A stretch of 63,698 bases of DNA, filler included, from Octopus bimaculoides (GCF_001194135.2; 6 parts of 5 records of this genome joined end to end with filler, not necessarily neighbours in it); one strand, 5' to 3'. Counted from the first letter of the whole stretch, positions 24,295 through 37,826 are shown. A program made the numbers and translations. Notes: a model not told the origin generated them from the sequence alone.

Positions 24295-24640
24295 GGTCCC
24301 TGTCACTCGTCGACGAGGTAGTTTGCAAGAGGGTGTCATAGAATTGGTCTTTCAGACCATCTGGTAGCCCAGGTTGAGGTGCATAGGCTGAGATGACAGT
24401 AGCTAATCTATGATGAAGCACTAGTCTGATCTTAAGTACTCTGTCACTTACTCTAACGACCTCGATTACCTTATCCACCCATTTCTCCGCTAGAAGTATT
24501 CCTACGCCCCCGACCCCGTCAGTGTTCCCTGCCCAGAAAATCTTGTACCTGTGTTCTTTGCCTGTGAGGAACCTTGCAGAACCTCCTCTCCATCTTACTT
24601 CCTATTATTTGCAGGCATACTGGGGTACCATCTTCAAGAG
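24295..24640 (-). mobile_element. RTE LINE apurinic endonuclease fragment
   Basis: VRWRGGSARFL...DGVGGVGILLAEKWVDKVIEVVRVSDR...VISAYAPQPGL. Confidence 0.9.
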
Positions 24641-25493
24641 TTTTAGTCACACAAATTGCCCCCAGTGCTTTTTTCATTGAGTGCTGTTTGTAAAATGACT
24701 AAATTACTCCTTGATATATGGGTGCACCTCAACACCAGTAAATGTTACTGGATTTTCCATCAAATCTTAACAATGACTTTTCAAGTTGTTTAATCTACTG
24801 AATTAATCTACTCATTGAATTAAAGCGGTTGCATATTTCAGAGACACACATACCCTTCTCAGTAGCATCAGGGCGACAATGTATATCAAAGCTGAGCCTT
24901 TTGGATATAAGCACAGTCCTTTTGAGGGCCTTCCACATGATTTTTATCTGTACATATTTCCCTCATATGGGCCAACACAAGACTATATTAAAAGATACTT
25001 GCCCAAAATGACATGTAAGATTAAACCCGAAAGCATATGGTTGTGAAATAAACTTCTTAACTACATGACTGTGCCTCTGCAATCATTATACTCAAACTAA
25101 CACACATGTGTGTGTGTGTGTATGCAACATGTTTCTGCCCAGTTTCTGTCTGACAAATGTCTTCACAAAGCAAAGTCCACCAAAGTTATAGAAAAGATTC
25201 TTGCCTTATGTGTTGCACAGTGGCATAATACATAAATACATGCAATTAGGCACACGCACACACACACACACACACACATTTTTTAAAGATATTCCTGATT
25301 CCCACTTCAGTTTGCCTTTGTTAATTTTCATTCCTTTTCTGTGGTCTGATCTTATACCTAATTATTTGATATCCAACATGTTTCTGTTCATTTCTTGTTT
25401 CTTTTTTAAATGTTGTATTTTATTGATCCAACAACTGAGATTGTCCTCCTACATTTTTTATTTCCAATGTGAAAAAAGCACTTTTAATCTTAG

Positions 25494-25591
25494 GCTGTGT
25501 TTAATGGAGAACCAATTAACTCCAAACTTGCTAAAATGAGTTTATCTAATGATCACACCTTTTCCATTAATGATTGCAGAATTTCTTCCTG
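25494..25591 (+). CDS. Candidate internal exon of an unidentified gene
   Basis: cacttttaatcttag|GCT...CTG|gtgaga; open frame AVFNGEPINSKLAKMSLSNDHTFSINDCRISS. Confidence 0.3.
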
Positions 25592-25930
25592 GTGAGATTA
25601 TTTGTGATTTTACAGCCTCTGGCTGCAAACTTTGTCTGATAATTTTTTGACAGTCATTGCACTCCGAGAGGCTTGTTCTTCATCCATAATAATTTCATTG
25701 TTTCAATGGTTATGTTTAGTCCAATCTTGTAGTTATCGCATGTTCCAGCTCTTCATTTTCTATTAAAGTATTATGTCTCACCATGACGTTGATTGCCAAA
25801 CCACATCATATTTTCACATATTTTTTAAAATAGTATGTTTGTGGATTGCAATGTGTGTCATACAATTTCCATTAATGATCGCATTCAATAATCAATTAGT
25901 CAATTATCTGTATCATTATATATATGTCTC

Positions 25931-26345
25931 TCTCTTTTTACTCTTTTACTTGTTTCAGTCATTTGACTGTGGCCATGCTGGAGCACCGCCTTTTTTAGTC
26001 GAGCTAATCGACCCCAGGACTTATTCTTTGTAAGCCTAGTACTTATTCTATCAGTCTCTTTTGCCGAACCGCTAAGTTACAGGGACGTAAACACACCACC
26101 ATCGGTTGTCAAGCGATGTTGGGGGGACAAACACAGACACACAAACATATACACACACATACACATATATATACATATATACAACAGGCTTCTTTCAGTT
26201 TCCATCTACCAAATCCACTCACAAGGCTTTGGTCGGCCCGAGGCTATAGCAGAAGGCACTTGCCCAAGATGCCACGCAGTGGGAATGAACCCGGAACCAT
26301 GCGGTTGGTAAGCAAGCTACTTACCACACAGCCACTCCTGCGCCT
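25931..26345 (-). mobile_element. tRNA-derived SINE, family A, full length and young
   Basis: Complete head, core, internal (CA/TA) tract and tail; CpGs largely retained. Confidence 0.9.
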
Positions 26346-26434
26346 GTGTATAAGTATTATCAACTTCAATCTGTTTTCCTTCTATTTTTACACTGAACAA
26401 CTCGAATTATGGGAGCCTTTACATAGTTACTTAA

Positions 26435-27618
26435 CCCTTGGTCTACCAGAGAAAATGTATGTCATTAATTACCAACTGGGTCCAATGGACCCAATATTTT
26501 TCTTTTAATTAAATTTTATTCAAACTACCACTATTTCTTAGCTACATTTTATATGCTATCAGGTGAATGAAGAATTACTGTTTCTCAAAATTCTAATTAC
26601 TTTGCAAGTAAAGCTGTTTAACAACAATGAAAGCATTCACTACACTTATATCAGTCGTGTTGTAGATATTATAGATTTTAAAAACTACAAAAGTACAGAA
26701 TTACAGCTCTTCATGGCACTGAATGCAGACAACATTGGAATGTTCTTGGCAAACATGGATATTACAATTCTTACATGTAGTATGAGTTTTCCTGTCTTTT
26801 TTTTGGACCACACAAAGAACATCTTCCTTTTTTTCTTTGGTTGAGGAATCTCAAATGAGGTTGAAGATCGTCTTCTTTTCTTGTTTTGTTGAGAAATGTT
26901 AGTGGAACTAGAAGATTGTTTGTCATGTTCTTGTTTAGCATTAACTCCAGCAAGTTCCTTTCCTAATTGAATTAGGCACTGTCTTCTTTTATCCTTGAAA
27001 CTTTGCAAGTAAAGCTGTTTAACAACAATGAAAGCATTCACTACACTTATATCAGTCGTGTTGTAGAATATAACCATAGGCCATCTTCAAGTCATTATTT
27101 TGCAAATGTATGTCCTTACCATCTTATCTAGGGTATTTACTCTTCCTTTTCTTTTCCTATGACATGTAATAATTTCTGGTTTCTTTTCAACACTTTTTGA
27201 ATCAATTGAAGGCTGAGAGTGCATTGTACTCATAAGTGTGACTACATAATCTTTCTTGGGACAATAAGATAGGATCATAGAATCCTTTTGAAATCCAAAT
27301 ATTATGCTATTGATTTTCTCTTTCTTTTCCATTTGTGAAAGCACTTGGAAGTTCAACTCTGCTCTTTCTAATTGTTCCAACTAAAGTAGTTTTCTTGCTA
27401 AGCAGTTTTCAAACCGATCCTAGATTTGTAAAAAAAATTATCCCAAGTTATATTACAACCAGTATTTTCAAGTTCTTTTACTAGGGCTTCAACAACTCTT
27501 GTTTCACTGTCGCATATTGCCCAAATTTTAATTCCATATTTCCCTGGTTTTGAAGGAATATATACCTGGAATGGGCAGCACTGGAAATTAATGGAATACG
27601 TGTCCAGCAGTTGTTTTC
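26435..27618 (-). mobile_element. Degenerate piggyBac transposon (3' half)
   Basis: TTAA|CCCTT terminus at 26431-26439; CPFQVYIPSKPGKYGIKIW, ITWDNFFT, VGTIRK, KPEII, TLDKMV, RWPMVIFYN. Confidence 0.9.
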
Positions 27619-27635
27619 AATATCTAGATTGTGGA

Positions 27636-27832
27636 AGGTGGCGAGCTGGCATAAACATTAGCATGCTAGGCGAAATGCTTAGTGGTACTTCGTCTGTCTT
27701 TACATTCTGAGTTCAAATTCTGCCTTTCATCCTTTCAGTCAACAAAATAAGTACCAGTTGCGTACTGCAGTCAATCTAATCAATTGGTCCCCTCCCCAAA
27801 AATTTAGGGCCTTGTGCCTTGAGTAGAAAAAA
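27636..27832 (+). mobile_element. SINE family B with 17-bp TSD
   Basis: aatatctagattgtgga at 27619-27635 and 27833-27849. Confidence 0.9.
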
Positions 27833-28489
27833 AATATCTAGATTGTGGATATATGTACTGGACTAAGGATCACAAAGTCATGATTTCAAACTGTTAAAAC
27901 TTTTGTTTTGTATTTGTATATAATTATTTTTATGTTGAATCCCTTCACTGATTTTAACAATAGACTATTATTAAAATTTCCTAACCAGTAAATCATCTAT
28001 CTAAATTAGGCATTGTCAATCTTTTTTCAAGAAGCAGGCTGCATGAAATATGGCTCCTCATCAGATGAGCCACACTACCAAGACAAAATTCAAGGTAATT
28101 TTTGTTAAGGTATGCTATTCAGTAAGTCCTGTAGACCATAGTTTGCCCATAACTGATCTGAAGTCTTATATGGATGCACAAACTGGCCTCAAACTTTCTG
28201 AACATTGCTCTTCATGATGTTAAGATTTGCCTTTGTTCTCATATGGCTAGCAGCCATTTTAAGCAATCACATAATCTCAGTGTTATATACTAAGATTTAC
28301 ATTTATTTTTCTATATTTAGCTACATTGAGACAATATATGTCTGGCTTAAAAATGCATATAACATTGTTTAGTAATTCAGTGACTAAAAAATTTAGCCAT
28401 TCATAAATCACTCAAATATTGAATAGTCTGTGAACTTTAAACTCATAAATTTCAAGAATAGCGGGAGTGAAATCACTGTTGAATCATCA

Positions 28490-28780
28490 TTGTCATCATC
28501 TAGCATCTGTTTGCCATGCTGGCATGGGTAAGACAGTTTGACTGGAGCTGGTGAGCCAGAGAGTTGCATCATACTCCAGACTGTCTTGGCCTGGTTTCTA
28601 TGGCTGAATGCCCTTGCTAACACCAATCACTCCTCAGTGTACTGAGTGTTCTTTACATGTCGCCAGCATGAGTGCCTTTTGCGTGTCACTGGCATGGGTG
28701 TCTTTTGCATGTCACTAGCATGGGTGTCTTTCGCGTGTCACTGGCACAGGTGCCTTTCACGTGTCACCAACCCTGGCCAC
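28490..28780 (-). mobile_element. RTE-type 3' tail with ~27-bp internal tandem repeats
   Basis: Homologous to the tails at 8600-8845 and 35240-35418; gtgtctttt gcgtgtcactggcatgg-like unit x4. Confidence 0.7.
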
Positions 28781-29462
28781 AACTACAATTTTATTTAGCT
28801 TGATTTAAGATGTTTGGATGTGATTTGTGAGAGATTTAGGTGCTATTTCTACCAGGTTGATCAATCATGTACAGCAGCACTCCTCAAATATTTTTTTTAA
28901 CTATTGCTCCTTTTTTTTTTTTTACTAACACTTTTTAAACCACCACTGCCACTATTTGTTATGTACATTAGCATAATATGTAGTTCTGGATTCTAGTTTG
29001 ATGTGGGTGACTATTTACTGTAGCACCGCCTTACAATCAGTGAATATTTACCACATTTCTACTTGACCATAGTTATTTATCTAATCTTTAGCATGGCCAC
29101 TCAGGTATATATTCTTTGGGCTTCTTATATTCTCCTGTAGCTACTAGTTGAAATTTATATTTTGATTTATAGCTGTATGTCAACACATGCATATATTAAT
29201 TTCCCTGGCCACGTGTGTGTTTACACGTGTCTGTTCATACACAAGTTCATTATAAGATTAACAGAAGACATATTAGAATTGCTAGAATCCACAACATTTA
29301 AGAAATACACGCACACACTCACACACACACCACACTAGGATGTTGCTAAATGCTACGGGTGTCTTCTTTATTGCATGTATGAAAATATAGGCAAATTTTG
29401 ACAGTGTTTTTTAAATTTATTTGTTAGTTATTGTTTATAATTTATGTGCTGAGATGTTTTGT

Positions 29463-29738
29463 CTTTATCTTTTACTTGTCTCAGTACTTACTTTTTAAAT
29501 CTGGTACTTATTCCCTCAGTCTCGAAGGAAATGTAAACAAATCAGCACCAGTTATCAAATGGTTGTGGGGAAACAATACAAATAGAAACACACTGGCTTC
29601 TTTCAGTTTTCATATACCAAATCCACTCACAAGGATTTGGTTGACCTGGGGCTATAGTACAAGACACTTACCCAAGGTGGGGCTGAACATTAACCTGCAT
29701 GGTTGGGAAGCAAACTTCTCACCTACATACCCACGCCT
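29463..29738 (-). mobile_element. SINE family A, degenerate
   Basis: ccaaatccactcacaagg core and head remnants. Confidence 0.7.
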
Positions 29739-29873
29739 ACTGTTGGTTTTATATATTTGCTTACATGTCAAAGTTTATTGTTGTTGTTGTTGACTAGCAG
29801 TTTATCACAAACAATGGCATTTTAAAAGAAACTAATTTGACACTGGTATTTGATAAATGCATCAGCATAATTT

Positions 29874-31110
29874 TTGAGGGCTGGCTGAAAAGTTCATAAG
29901 CTGACCAAGATACTCTCATGGAATATGACCAAATGAAGTCCACATACTTCTTCCATCAGCATTGCAGTGCTGGATCTCATTGGTGAAGAAGCTTTCATCC
30001 TGTTGGCTTAAAAAGTCATCAATAGCAGATATGACATCATTATCACTGTAATATTGGTTCCCAGCCAAATGTTTTTTCTTGTTGGGGAAATAGATAATAG
30101 TCAGATGGGGAGGGTGATCAATCAGTTCAAAGCTACAGTCATGCACAGCAGCCATTGAAACCAACAGACTTGTGTGCTGGGGCATTGTCCTGATGAAACA
30201 AGACCCCTTTCATCAGTTTTCCTCGGCATTTGGTGTTGATAGTTATTTGTAACTGCCTCAGCAAGTTGGCATAGTACTCTCCACCGATGGTGTGGCCCTT
30301 TTCAAGATAGTCAACAAACACAGTGTCTTTTGCATCCCAAAAAACTGAGACCACCACCTTCCCTGCAGATGAAATTACCATTTCCTTCTTTGGAGCAGGT
30401 GAGGAGGGGTGTTTCCATTACATGGATTGTCTCTTTGTCTCTGGCTGAAAGTGATGGACCCAACATTCATCCTGGATTAGGAAATGTTCAAGGAAACCTG
30501 TTGGATCTGTCTGAAACATTGTCAGGTTTTCCCATGGTGTGAACGGCCTGGTGCACTTTTGATCGGGTGTCAGATGTGGCACCCACCGAGCAGAAATCGT
30601 CATCGTGCCAAGTTCATTGTGCAAAACATTCTCAACTCTCCCAGGGGATATGCAAATACCTTTCACTATTTGATTTATAGTTAAATGCCTGTCATCCATC
30701 ACTGTGTGGTGAACATGATCAATGTTTTCCTTGGTGGTGGCAGTTGCAGGATATCCAGATGTTGGCTCACCCTCAAGGCTCTCTCTTCCCTTCCTAAATT
30801 CAGCTGCCCACTTTTGCACTGTTAGTGTTATCCTCTAATGTAGCAACCATGTCAGCATGAATGTTCTTGTGTGGCTAAACCCTTTATCTGCAGGTACTTG
30901 ATAACACCACAGAGCCAAATTCTGTCCACTTTCAAGAGAAGTTGCTACTAGTTACTTTTGAAGTCTTCTTTGAATAGTCAAACATCAATTTACCTGTAAA
31001 GAAACTATGCAGTTGTTAATAAGAAGGATTGAAATTAATGTATGCAAGATTTCACACCTCTAGCATCAGTCTTTCATAATCAGCTGATGAACTTATCAAT
31101 CCACCCTCAT
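29874..31110 (-). mobile_element. Near-full-length mariner transposon (irritans-like), pseudogenised
   Basis: TIRs gagggctggctgaaaagttcataagctgac vs gagggtggattgataagttcatcagctgat; QKWAAEFRKGRESL, SARWVPHL, DECWVHH, FWDAKD, FHQDNAPAHKS; frameshifts present. Confidence 0.92.
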
Positions 31111-31461
31111 ATTTTCCATATATTTGATACTGACTTGTTACAACACATCATATATTGCTGGGCAATGTTCTGATCAAAGCTTGTTTAACAAAAGTAATAT
31201 ATTTTTGTCAATAACAGTGTAGCATACTCTCTATTCACATGTAATATAAATATTTTGACGTGTCCCATATACAACAGCTGTTACTGTGAAACATACATAC
31301 TTCACAGTATACAAATTTTGTTCAGTTTATGTTCATTGAATATTTTTCCTGTGGTTGATATTATTGAGTTTCCATTTATAATGTATTAAATATACACATT
31401 TGCAATATGCGTATGTGTGTGTGTATAAGTGTACATGTGTATACAAGTGTTTATGTTTTTA

Positions 31462-31668
31462 TACAAGGATGCTGAAAAGTTCCCGGATATGGATAAAAGA
31501 ATATACAAGAGGATCAGTTAATTATGATTTTTATTCAACATATTCCCCTCTCAGATTCACACACTTATTGCAGCAGTCTTTCAGTTTTACTAAGAACTTG
31601 GAAGGTTGGGTCTCCAACTAGGCCTTTTGCAATACTCTTAAAGCCAGGAACTTTTCAGCACTCCCCCT
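31462..31668. mobile_element. Mariner-type MITE
   Basis: ta-caaggatgctgaaaagttcc ... ggaacttttcagcactcccc-ta. Confidence 0.8.
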
Positions 31669-32380
31669 AAAGTGTGTGTGTGTATGCATATATATGTCTG
31701 TATGTACTCACACATCTCATCTAAATATAATTAGCCCATGTCACAAGCTGTTAATATGGAAAACTTAGAATTAGTTAATAAATCCTCAAATTATGCCAGG
31801 GTTCTCCCATTATAGTTTTTTATTGCTTCGTTGCCAATGTTGCATCTTGTCACTTAAAAGAAATATGAATCATTTTACCTAATTAATAAATTGTTCTGTG
31901 AAGAGATTTGTCAGGTTTCCCTAAATCAAGGGTTGCTGAGCATATCAAAGGGAGCATTAGACTTTAGGGGCAGTGAGATAACATACTAAATTTTACCTAT
32001 AGCAGTAATTATATTACACATGATAAAACTAGTAATGGTTATTAAAATATGAGATTTCATCAGGCACAAAGAAGTTAACTTGCAATGTGTGAAGTAAATT
32101 AACAACTCTTGTCTTCATAAATTTTTCTATCAATTCACAGTTAAAAGCTTATACAGTTCATTTTTAGAATAAAATTTATGAATTATCATTCCATGTTAAG
32201 TTAGTTTAGTCGTGATACTTCACTCGCCACTTAAGTGGGATGTTTGAAAGAACAACTGCTTGAGGAGGATGGGACACTAGGCATAACATTTAGTGGGAGA
32301 GGGGCTACAAAAAAAAGGTTATGATCACTATGGAATAAAAATTTAAGGGATGTTTGATGTAGAGAATAATTTTTTTACAT

Positions 32381-32560
32381 ACCATTGCTTGACAACTGAT
32401 GCTGGTGTGTTTATGTCCCCGTAACTTAGCAGTTCAGCAAAAGAGACTGATAGAATAAGTACCAGGCTTACAAAAAATAAGTCCTGGGGTTGATTTGTTC
32501 AACTAAAGGTGGTGCTCCAGCATGGCCACGGTCAAACGACTGAAACAAAGGAATAAAAGA
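32381..32560 (+). mobile_element. SINE family A, 3' half (CpG-decayed)
   Basis: gcttgacaactgatgctggtgtgtttatgtccccgtaacttagc...tgaaacaaag. Confidence 0.85.
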
Positions 32561-32781
32561 ATACATTATTGAAATAATCAGATATTTGAATAATGCAACA
32601 TCTTTCAAATGTAAAAAATTTTTCAAATTCTCATGTAAATTTTCAGTTTAGTATTTCTTAATTTTTTATACCATTTAGCTTTTGAAGCATTATGAATTCT
32701 TAACAACAGCATTAAAATACAATGTTCCTAGATATATTTAGATTCTAACAATATTAATAGTTAGTGTAGATAAAATAGTTT

Positions 32782-33153
32782 AGGTAGGTGTGGTTGAGTG
32801 ATAGGTAGTTTGCTTCTCAACTACATGGTTCCAGGTTCAGTCCCACTGCATAGTGCCCTGGGCAAATGTCTTCTACTATTGCCCCAGGTCAACCAAAGCC
32901 TTGTGAGTGGATTTGGTAGATGGGAACTTAAAGAAACCTCGTGTGTGTTTTGTGTTTGACCCATACCACTGCATAACAACCATTGTTGGTTTGGTTATAT
33001 CCCCAAAACATAGCAGTTTGGCAAGAGAAACTGATAAAATAAGTACCAGGCTTTATAAAAAAAATAAAACTTGGGATTGATTTGTTCAACTAAAACTCTT
33101 CCAGATGATGCCCTAGTATGGCTGCTGTCCAATGACTGAAACAAGTAAAAGAT
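32782..33153 (+). mobile_element. SINE family A, full length (CpG-decayed)
   Basis: Head with ggttcagtccc B-box, core and tail. Confidence 0.85.
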
Positions 33154-34688
33154 AAATAAAGGTTTCCAGTTTGAACTATGTCTGGTATTATAGACACATC
33201 TAAGAATAAGACATTGGAAATCAAACTAATCAAGATACAGTGAATTTTGAAAAAAAAAAAAAGAAAATTAATTTCATCTCTTAAAGATAGGTAAAGCTTT
33301 AATATATGTAATTTTAGTACTCCAGCTCTTGGTCATCCACTTTGTGTTTTATAATAAAATAGTTCTAATGGAATCATACATCTGTGGGTACATCTCAACA
33401 GCCTCCTATAAGTTTGTTGAATCATTGTACTAAGAAGTTGTTAAACTTTGAAATCTTCAAACTGGTGAATTTGTAATTTATTCAGTATTATTTATTTCAT
33501 TTTTACTCTTTGTTTGATGTTTCATGTCCAAAGTCCAGAAATATATTTTGTTTGAATTGTTACTGTCTAAGTCCCAATAATATATAATGTATTTTGCTTG
33601 AATTGTTACCATTTTTTTAATTGTTATTGTTTCTTGCCTATTGATATGTATAGCATGATAACTGTGACAGGTCATTAATATCTTAAAGAAGGCATCATTG
33701 TTAGTTGCTAGATTTTTATAATTTATAACTGAAGTAATTCGATAGTTCATTGAAGTCAGTTTTTAAAAAAGCTTTGAGGACAAGAAATTGAAGTCATTTT
33801 TACTATAGCTATATCACATTGATTTCATCTCTACAAAGTAATAATGTCTTGCACTACAGAAGATGAGAAACAAGCGCTACTTAGCAATGAAACAAAGTAT
33901 TCTTTGTGAGTATGAATTAATAGTTCCTAAATTATGCAAAAAAAGAGAAAAAATAGGATATGGACTAATACAAATTGTTGCTAGTACAAGTTGCTAATAT
34001 ATATTTCTTAAATGTTCTGAGATTGATCAGTTCCCCTATTTTTCTCTTTCATCAAAAAATTTGTCTAAAATTCATTCTCTCTTTCATTGCTAATTGCATT
34101 AGCCACATTGAGAAAGCATTGGTAAAATTTACCCAGTTTTACATTATGTAGTTGATTTAAAAATGAAAGGGCCCTATTCAAATGAAAATATTTTATTTTA
34201 TAGTTCTCCCTCAGATTTTGATTTTACTGAACTTAATTTTTTTCCAATATAAACCTCTACCGATATTTTGTGACTACATTTTATTACCATATTTCCCAGC
34301 ACACAGGTCAACATAGTATATAGTGTAAACATGTATAAAACATTCAACATCATCATTATCTTTCCAAATGCTGCTACATTTCACATGAGATTTTTGGTCC
34401 CCCAAAGTTGACCCACCTTTTATGGTTGTAAATTTTGGTCTGAAAAATTGAACTTGTATGTAGAGGGATAATACAGTAAACCATTTAGTTATTTGTTAAA
34501 CCTTACAAATACAGAGATATAGTCAAGGTCAGTTGACAGTTCACAGGGATTAGGCTTCCAGTTTGGGAATATCTTCATCCTTCCCTCCTCATGAATGGGT
34601 GTTCAAGAGAAGTAGAATAGTGCAGTTAGAGAAGTAATGGGTGGTGGGAATGTTTTGAAGAGGAAATTGGATAGGGTGGGTCAGTTGT

Positions 34689-35005
<317 letters not shown>

Positions 35006-35235
35006 AGATTCCTCTTATGCCAGTTTTTCGATTGATTTAATTATATTTTATTTTCTATTTGAAAACTTGGTTATGAAACACCTTTATTCATTTTATTATT
35101 ATTATTTTATGATTTTTACTTTGTATTTTATTATACTTATTTATACTTATTTGTTTATAATTTTTTCTATATGTGACTGTGGATTTTCATGGATGAGTTC
35201 ATGAACTTTGGTTCTTTTCTCTAAATTATATATAT

Positions 35236-35239
<4 letters not shown>

Positions 35240-35270
<31 letters not shown>

Positions 35271-35418
35271 TTAACGTCCGCTTTCCATGCTAGCATGGGT
35301 TGGACGACTTGACTGACGACTGTTGAAACCGGATGGCAACACCAGGCTCCAATCTAAATTTGGCAGAGTTTCTACAGCTGGATGCCCTTCCTAATGTCAA
35401 CCACTCAGAGAGTGTAGT
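35240..35418 (-). mobile_element. RTE-type tail with (GAT)n end
   Basis: (cat)n-ttaacgtccgctttccatgctagcatgggttggacg...gatgcccttcctaa. Confidence 0.85.
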
Positions 35419-35518
35419 NNNNNNNNNNNNNNNNNNNNNNNNNNNNNNNNNNNNNNNNNNNNTTAATTAATTAANNNNNNNNNNNNNNNNNNNNNNNNNN
35501 NNNNNNNNNNNNNNNNNN
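35419..35518. other. Assembly linker 44N-TTAATTAATTAA-44N
   Basis: Read directly. Confidence 0.95.
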
Positions 35519-35714
35519 ATTTATATATATATATATATGTAGATAATACTAACTTGGAAATGGATGCGTGACGTTCGATCATATAATAATATGAATTATA
35601 TATATATATATATATATACTCTTACTCTCTTTTACATGTATGTGTGTATATATATGCATATATATACACACATACATGTACATGCCTACATATATATGTA
35701 TAAATACATGTATA

Positions 35715-36030
35715 TATGGGTACAGGACGTCAAAAAACGTGAACAAAAGCAGGGAAAACGAACTTTTTTTCGAACAACGAAAGAAACAAATAGAGAAACG
35801 AGACAGGCAACATTCCCTTCATCAGTTATACCCTGTTTTATCTACTCCGCGTTGCGAATGTAGGGACAAGACGCAACTTCGTTAAAACAGTCTTTCCCGC
35901 AAAACAAATTAAATAAAATTTGGGATTATTTGCAGTGTTAAACTGGTAACAAAAACAAGACAGTAAGAACAAAACAGTAAAAACAAACGTTGAGGGCTGT
36001 TAAGCCCTAACGAGGTGAAGTGGTGAACGC
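35715..36030 (+). repeat. Interspersed repeat homologous to 512-624
   Basis: Direct alignment of the shared ~110 bp. Confidence 0.7.
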
Positions 36031-36033
36031 TAT

Positions 36034-36104
<71 letters not shown>

Positions 36105-36107
36105 CGA

Positions 36108-36310
36108 AAGCGTCGAGCTGGCAGAATCGCTAGAGCGTTTGGAAAAAATGTTTTGCGATATTCCTTCCAGTTCGACAAATAAAATGCCGCCAGCATCGAT
36201 TCTGGCTTTAATACTCTCAGCTTCAATAAAATACATGCCAGTCGAACGTGGCTTGGTGTAAATGACTTCCCCTCTCCTCAACGTAACTGGCCTTGTGCCA
36301 ACATTAGAAC
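36108..36310 (+). mobile_element. SINE family B, old
   Basis: gagctggcagaatcgc head; ggccttgtgccaacattagaac tail. Confidence 0.6.
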
Positions 36311-36925
36311 ATTGTATATGCATGTATGTATGTATGTATGTATGTATGTATGTATGTATGTATGTATGTATGTATGTATGTTACTTCTACTCCTGGAATG
36401 TTAAGAAAAACGAAACTTCACGAAGGTCTAGAATCGTTTTGATAGATATAGAATTTTTAATGTTTCAAACAAACTAGAAGCAACTCGTGAAAATGTGAAA
36501 TATGAATTTTCAACCTATTAAAAAGAGAAGACTACAATCTACAACATAATATGGTCCCCTGGCCATTCTGATGTATTTCTCTTAGCTCATTTTTGTTTAA
36601 TTATTAAAACATATATTCACAAATGTGTGTATCCGCCTCGCGTTGGAGGCGAATTCATTCCGATACCTTTGCGCAGCACAGTAAAAATACACTAAAGAAA
36701 CGATCCCTCCACCATAATATCTGCAGTAAATACATAAACTGACAAAAAACATACAAAGCTGTAATTCGAAAGCATGTACCATGCTTTCGCTTATTGTTTT
36801 AGCTGCCTGTACAGTCACAAGCAGGCATACGCATCTCCTCAGTGTCTCTTACCCTTTGACCCAGAAAAACAAAAAGGATAAGATAGCAAGATTGAAATTG
36901 TAGATGGAAAATGTGTGGAGATTCG

Positions 36926-37076
<151 letters not shown>

Positions 37077-37078
37077 CT

Positions 37079-37110
<32 letters not shown>

Positions 37111-37727
37111 CGCTCTCTCTCTCACACACACACACACACACTCTCTCTCATATATATATAAGCACGTATGTGTGCATGTGTGTGTGTCTGTGTTTGTGTT
37201 GTCCCCTCTATTGTTTCATAGTCAGTGTTGGTATATTTACATCCCCTTAACTTACCGGTATGTAAGAGTAACTTCTCTTATCCAACACTAATATGTCAGA
37301 GTAAGGTACGATTGCGCTCATGAATCGGAAAATCATAAATCCTCCATTTTGTTGTCAAATATCTCACATTAGAAATGAAGGCTGCTTAGGAAAATACGGG
37401 GCTTAGCAAAACCCAGGATTCCATGTTGTTACTGGATAAACTATTACGTAGCCGATGGCTAATACATACATATTCGTACACATATAAACATATGCATAAA
37501 TATATGAATAACTTCCACAAATAAAACAAAATTGATGAAGTGAGAAGACAAGCAAAAAATACGTGAAGTGATATAAGCAAAAAACGTGGCCAAAAAGTGT
37601 AGAAATACAAAGTGAGGCAACAATAATATAAAGTTTACGTACAATGGAGATAAATTTAGTAATTAAAGAAACAGAAGAGAAATTAAAGCTTAGCGTTGTA
37701 TGCTTCAGCCAAGAAAAGGAAAAGGAC

Positions 37728-37826
37728 TAAGAGAGCAAGAGAAAAAGAAAAGGAGTAAGAGAGCAAGAGAAAAAGAAAAGGCTAAGAGAGCAAGAGAAAA
37801 AGAAAAGGTGTAAGAGAGCAAGAGAC
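37728..37826. repeat. ~28-bp purine-rich tandem repeat x4
   Basis: taagagagcaagagaaaaagaaaagg(n) read directly. Confidence 0.9.

Noticed and set aside
33478-33750. 90-aa minus-strand ORF in AT-rich unique DNA
   Set aside because: It has no recognisable motif and only modest splice signals, so it is not distinguishable from chance.
35810-35860. Minus-strand G(C)AACGCGGAGTA...CTGATGAAGG as a permuted hammerhead
   Set aside because: The core halves are in reverse order, GAAA is mutated in this copy, and stem I cannot be formed.
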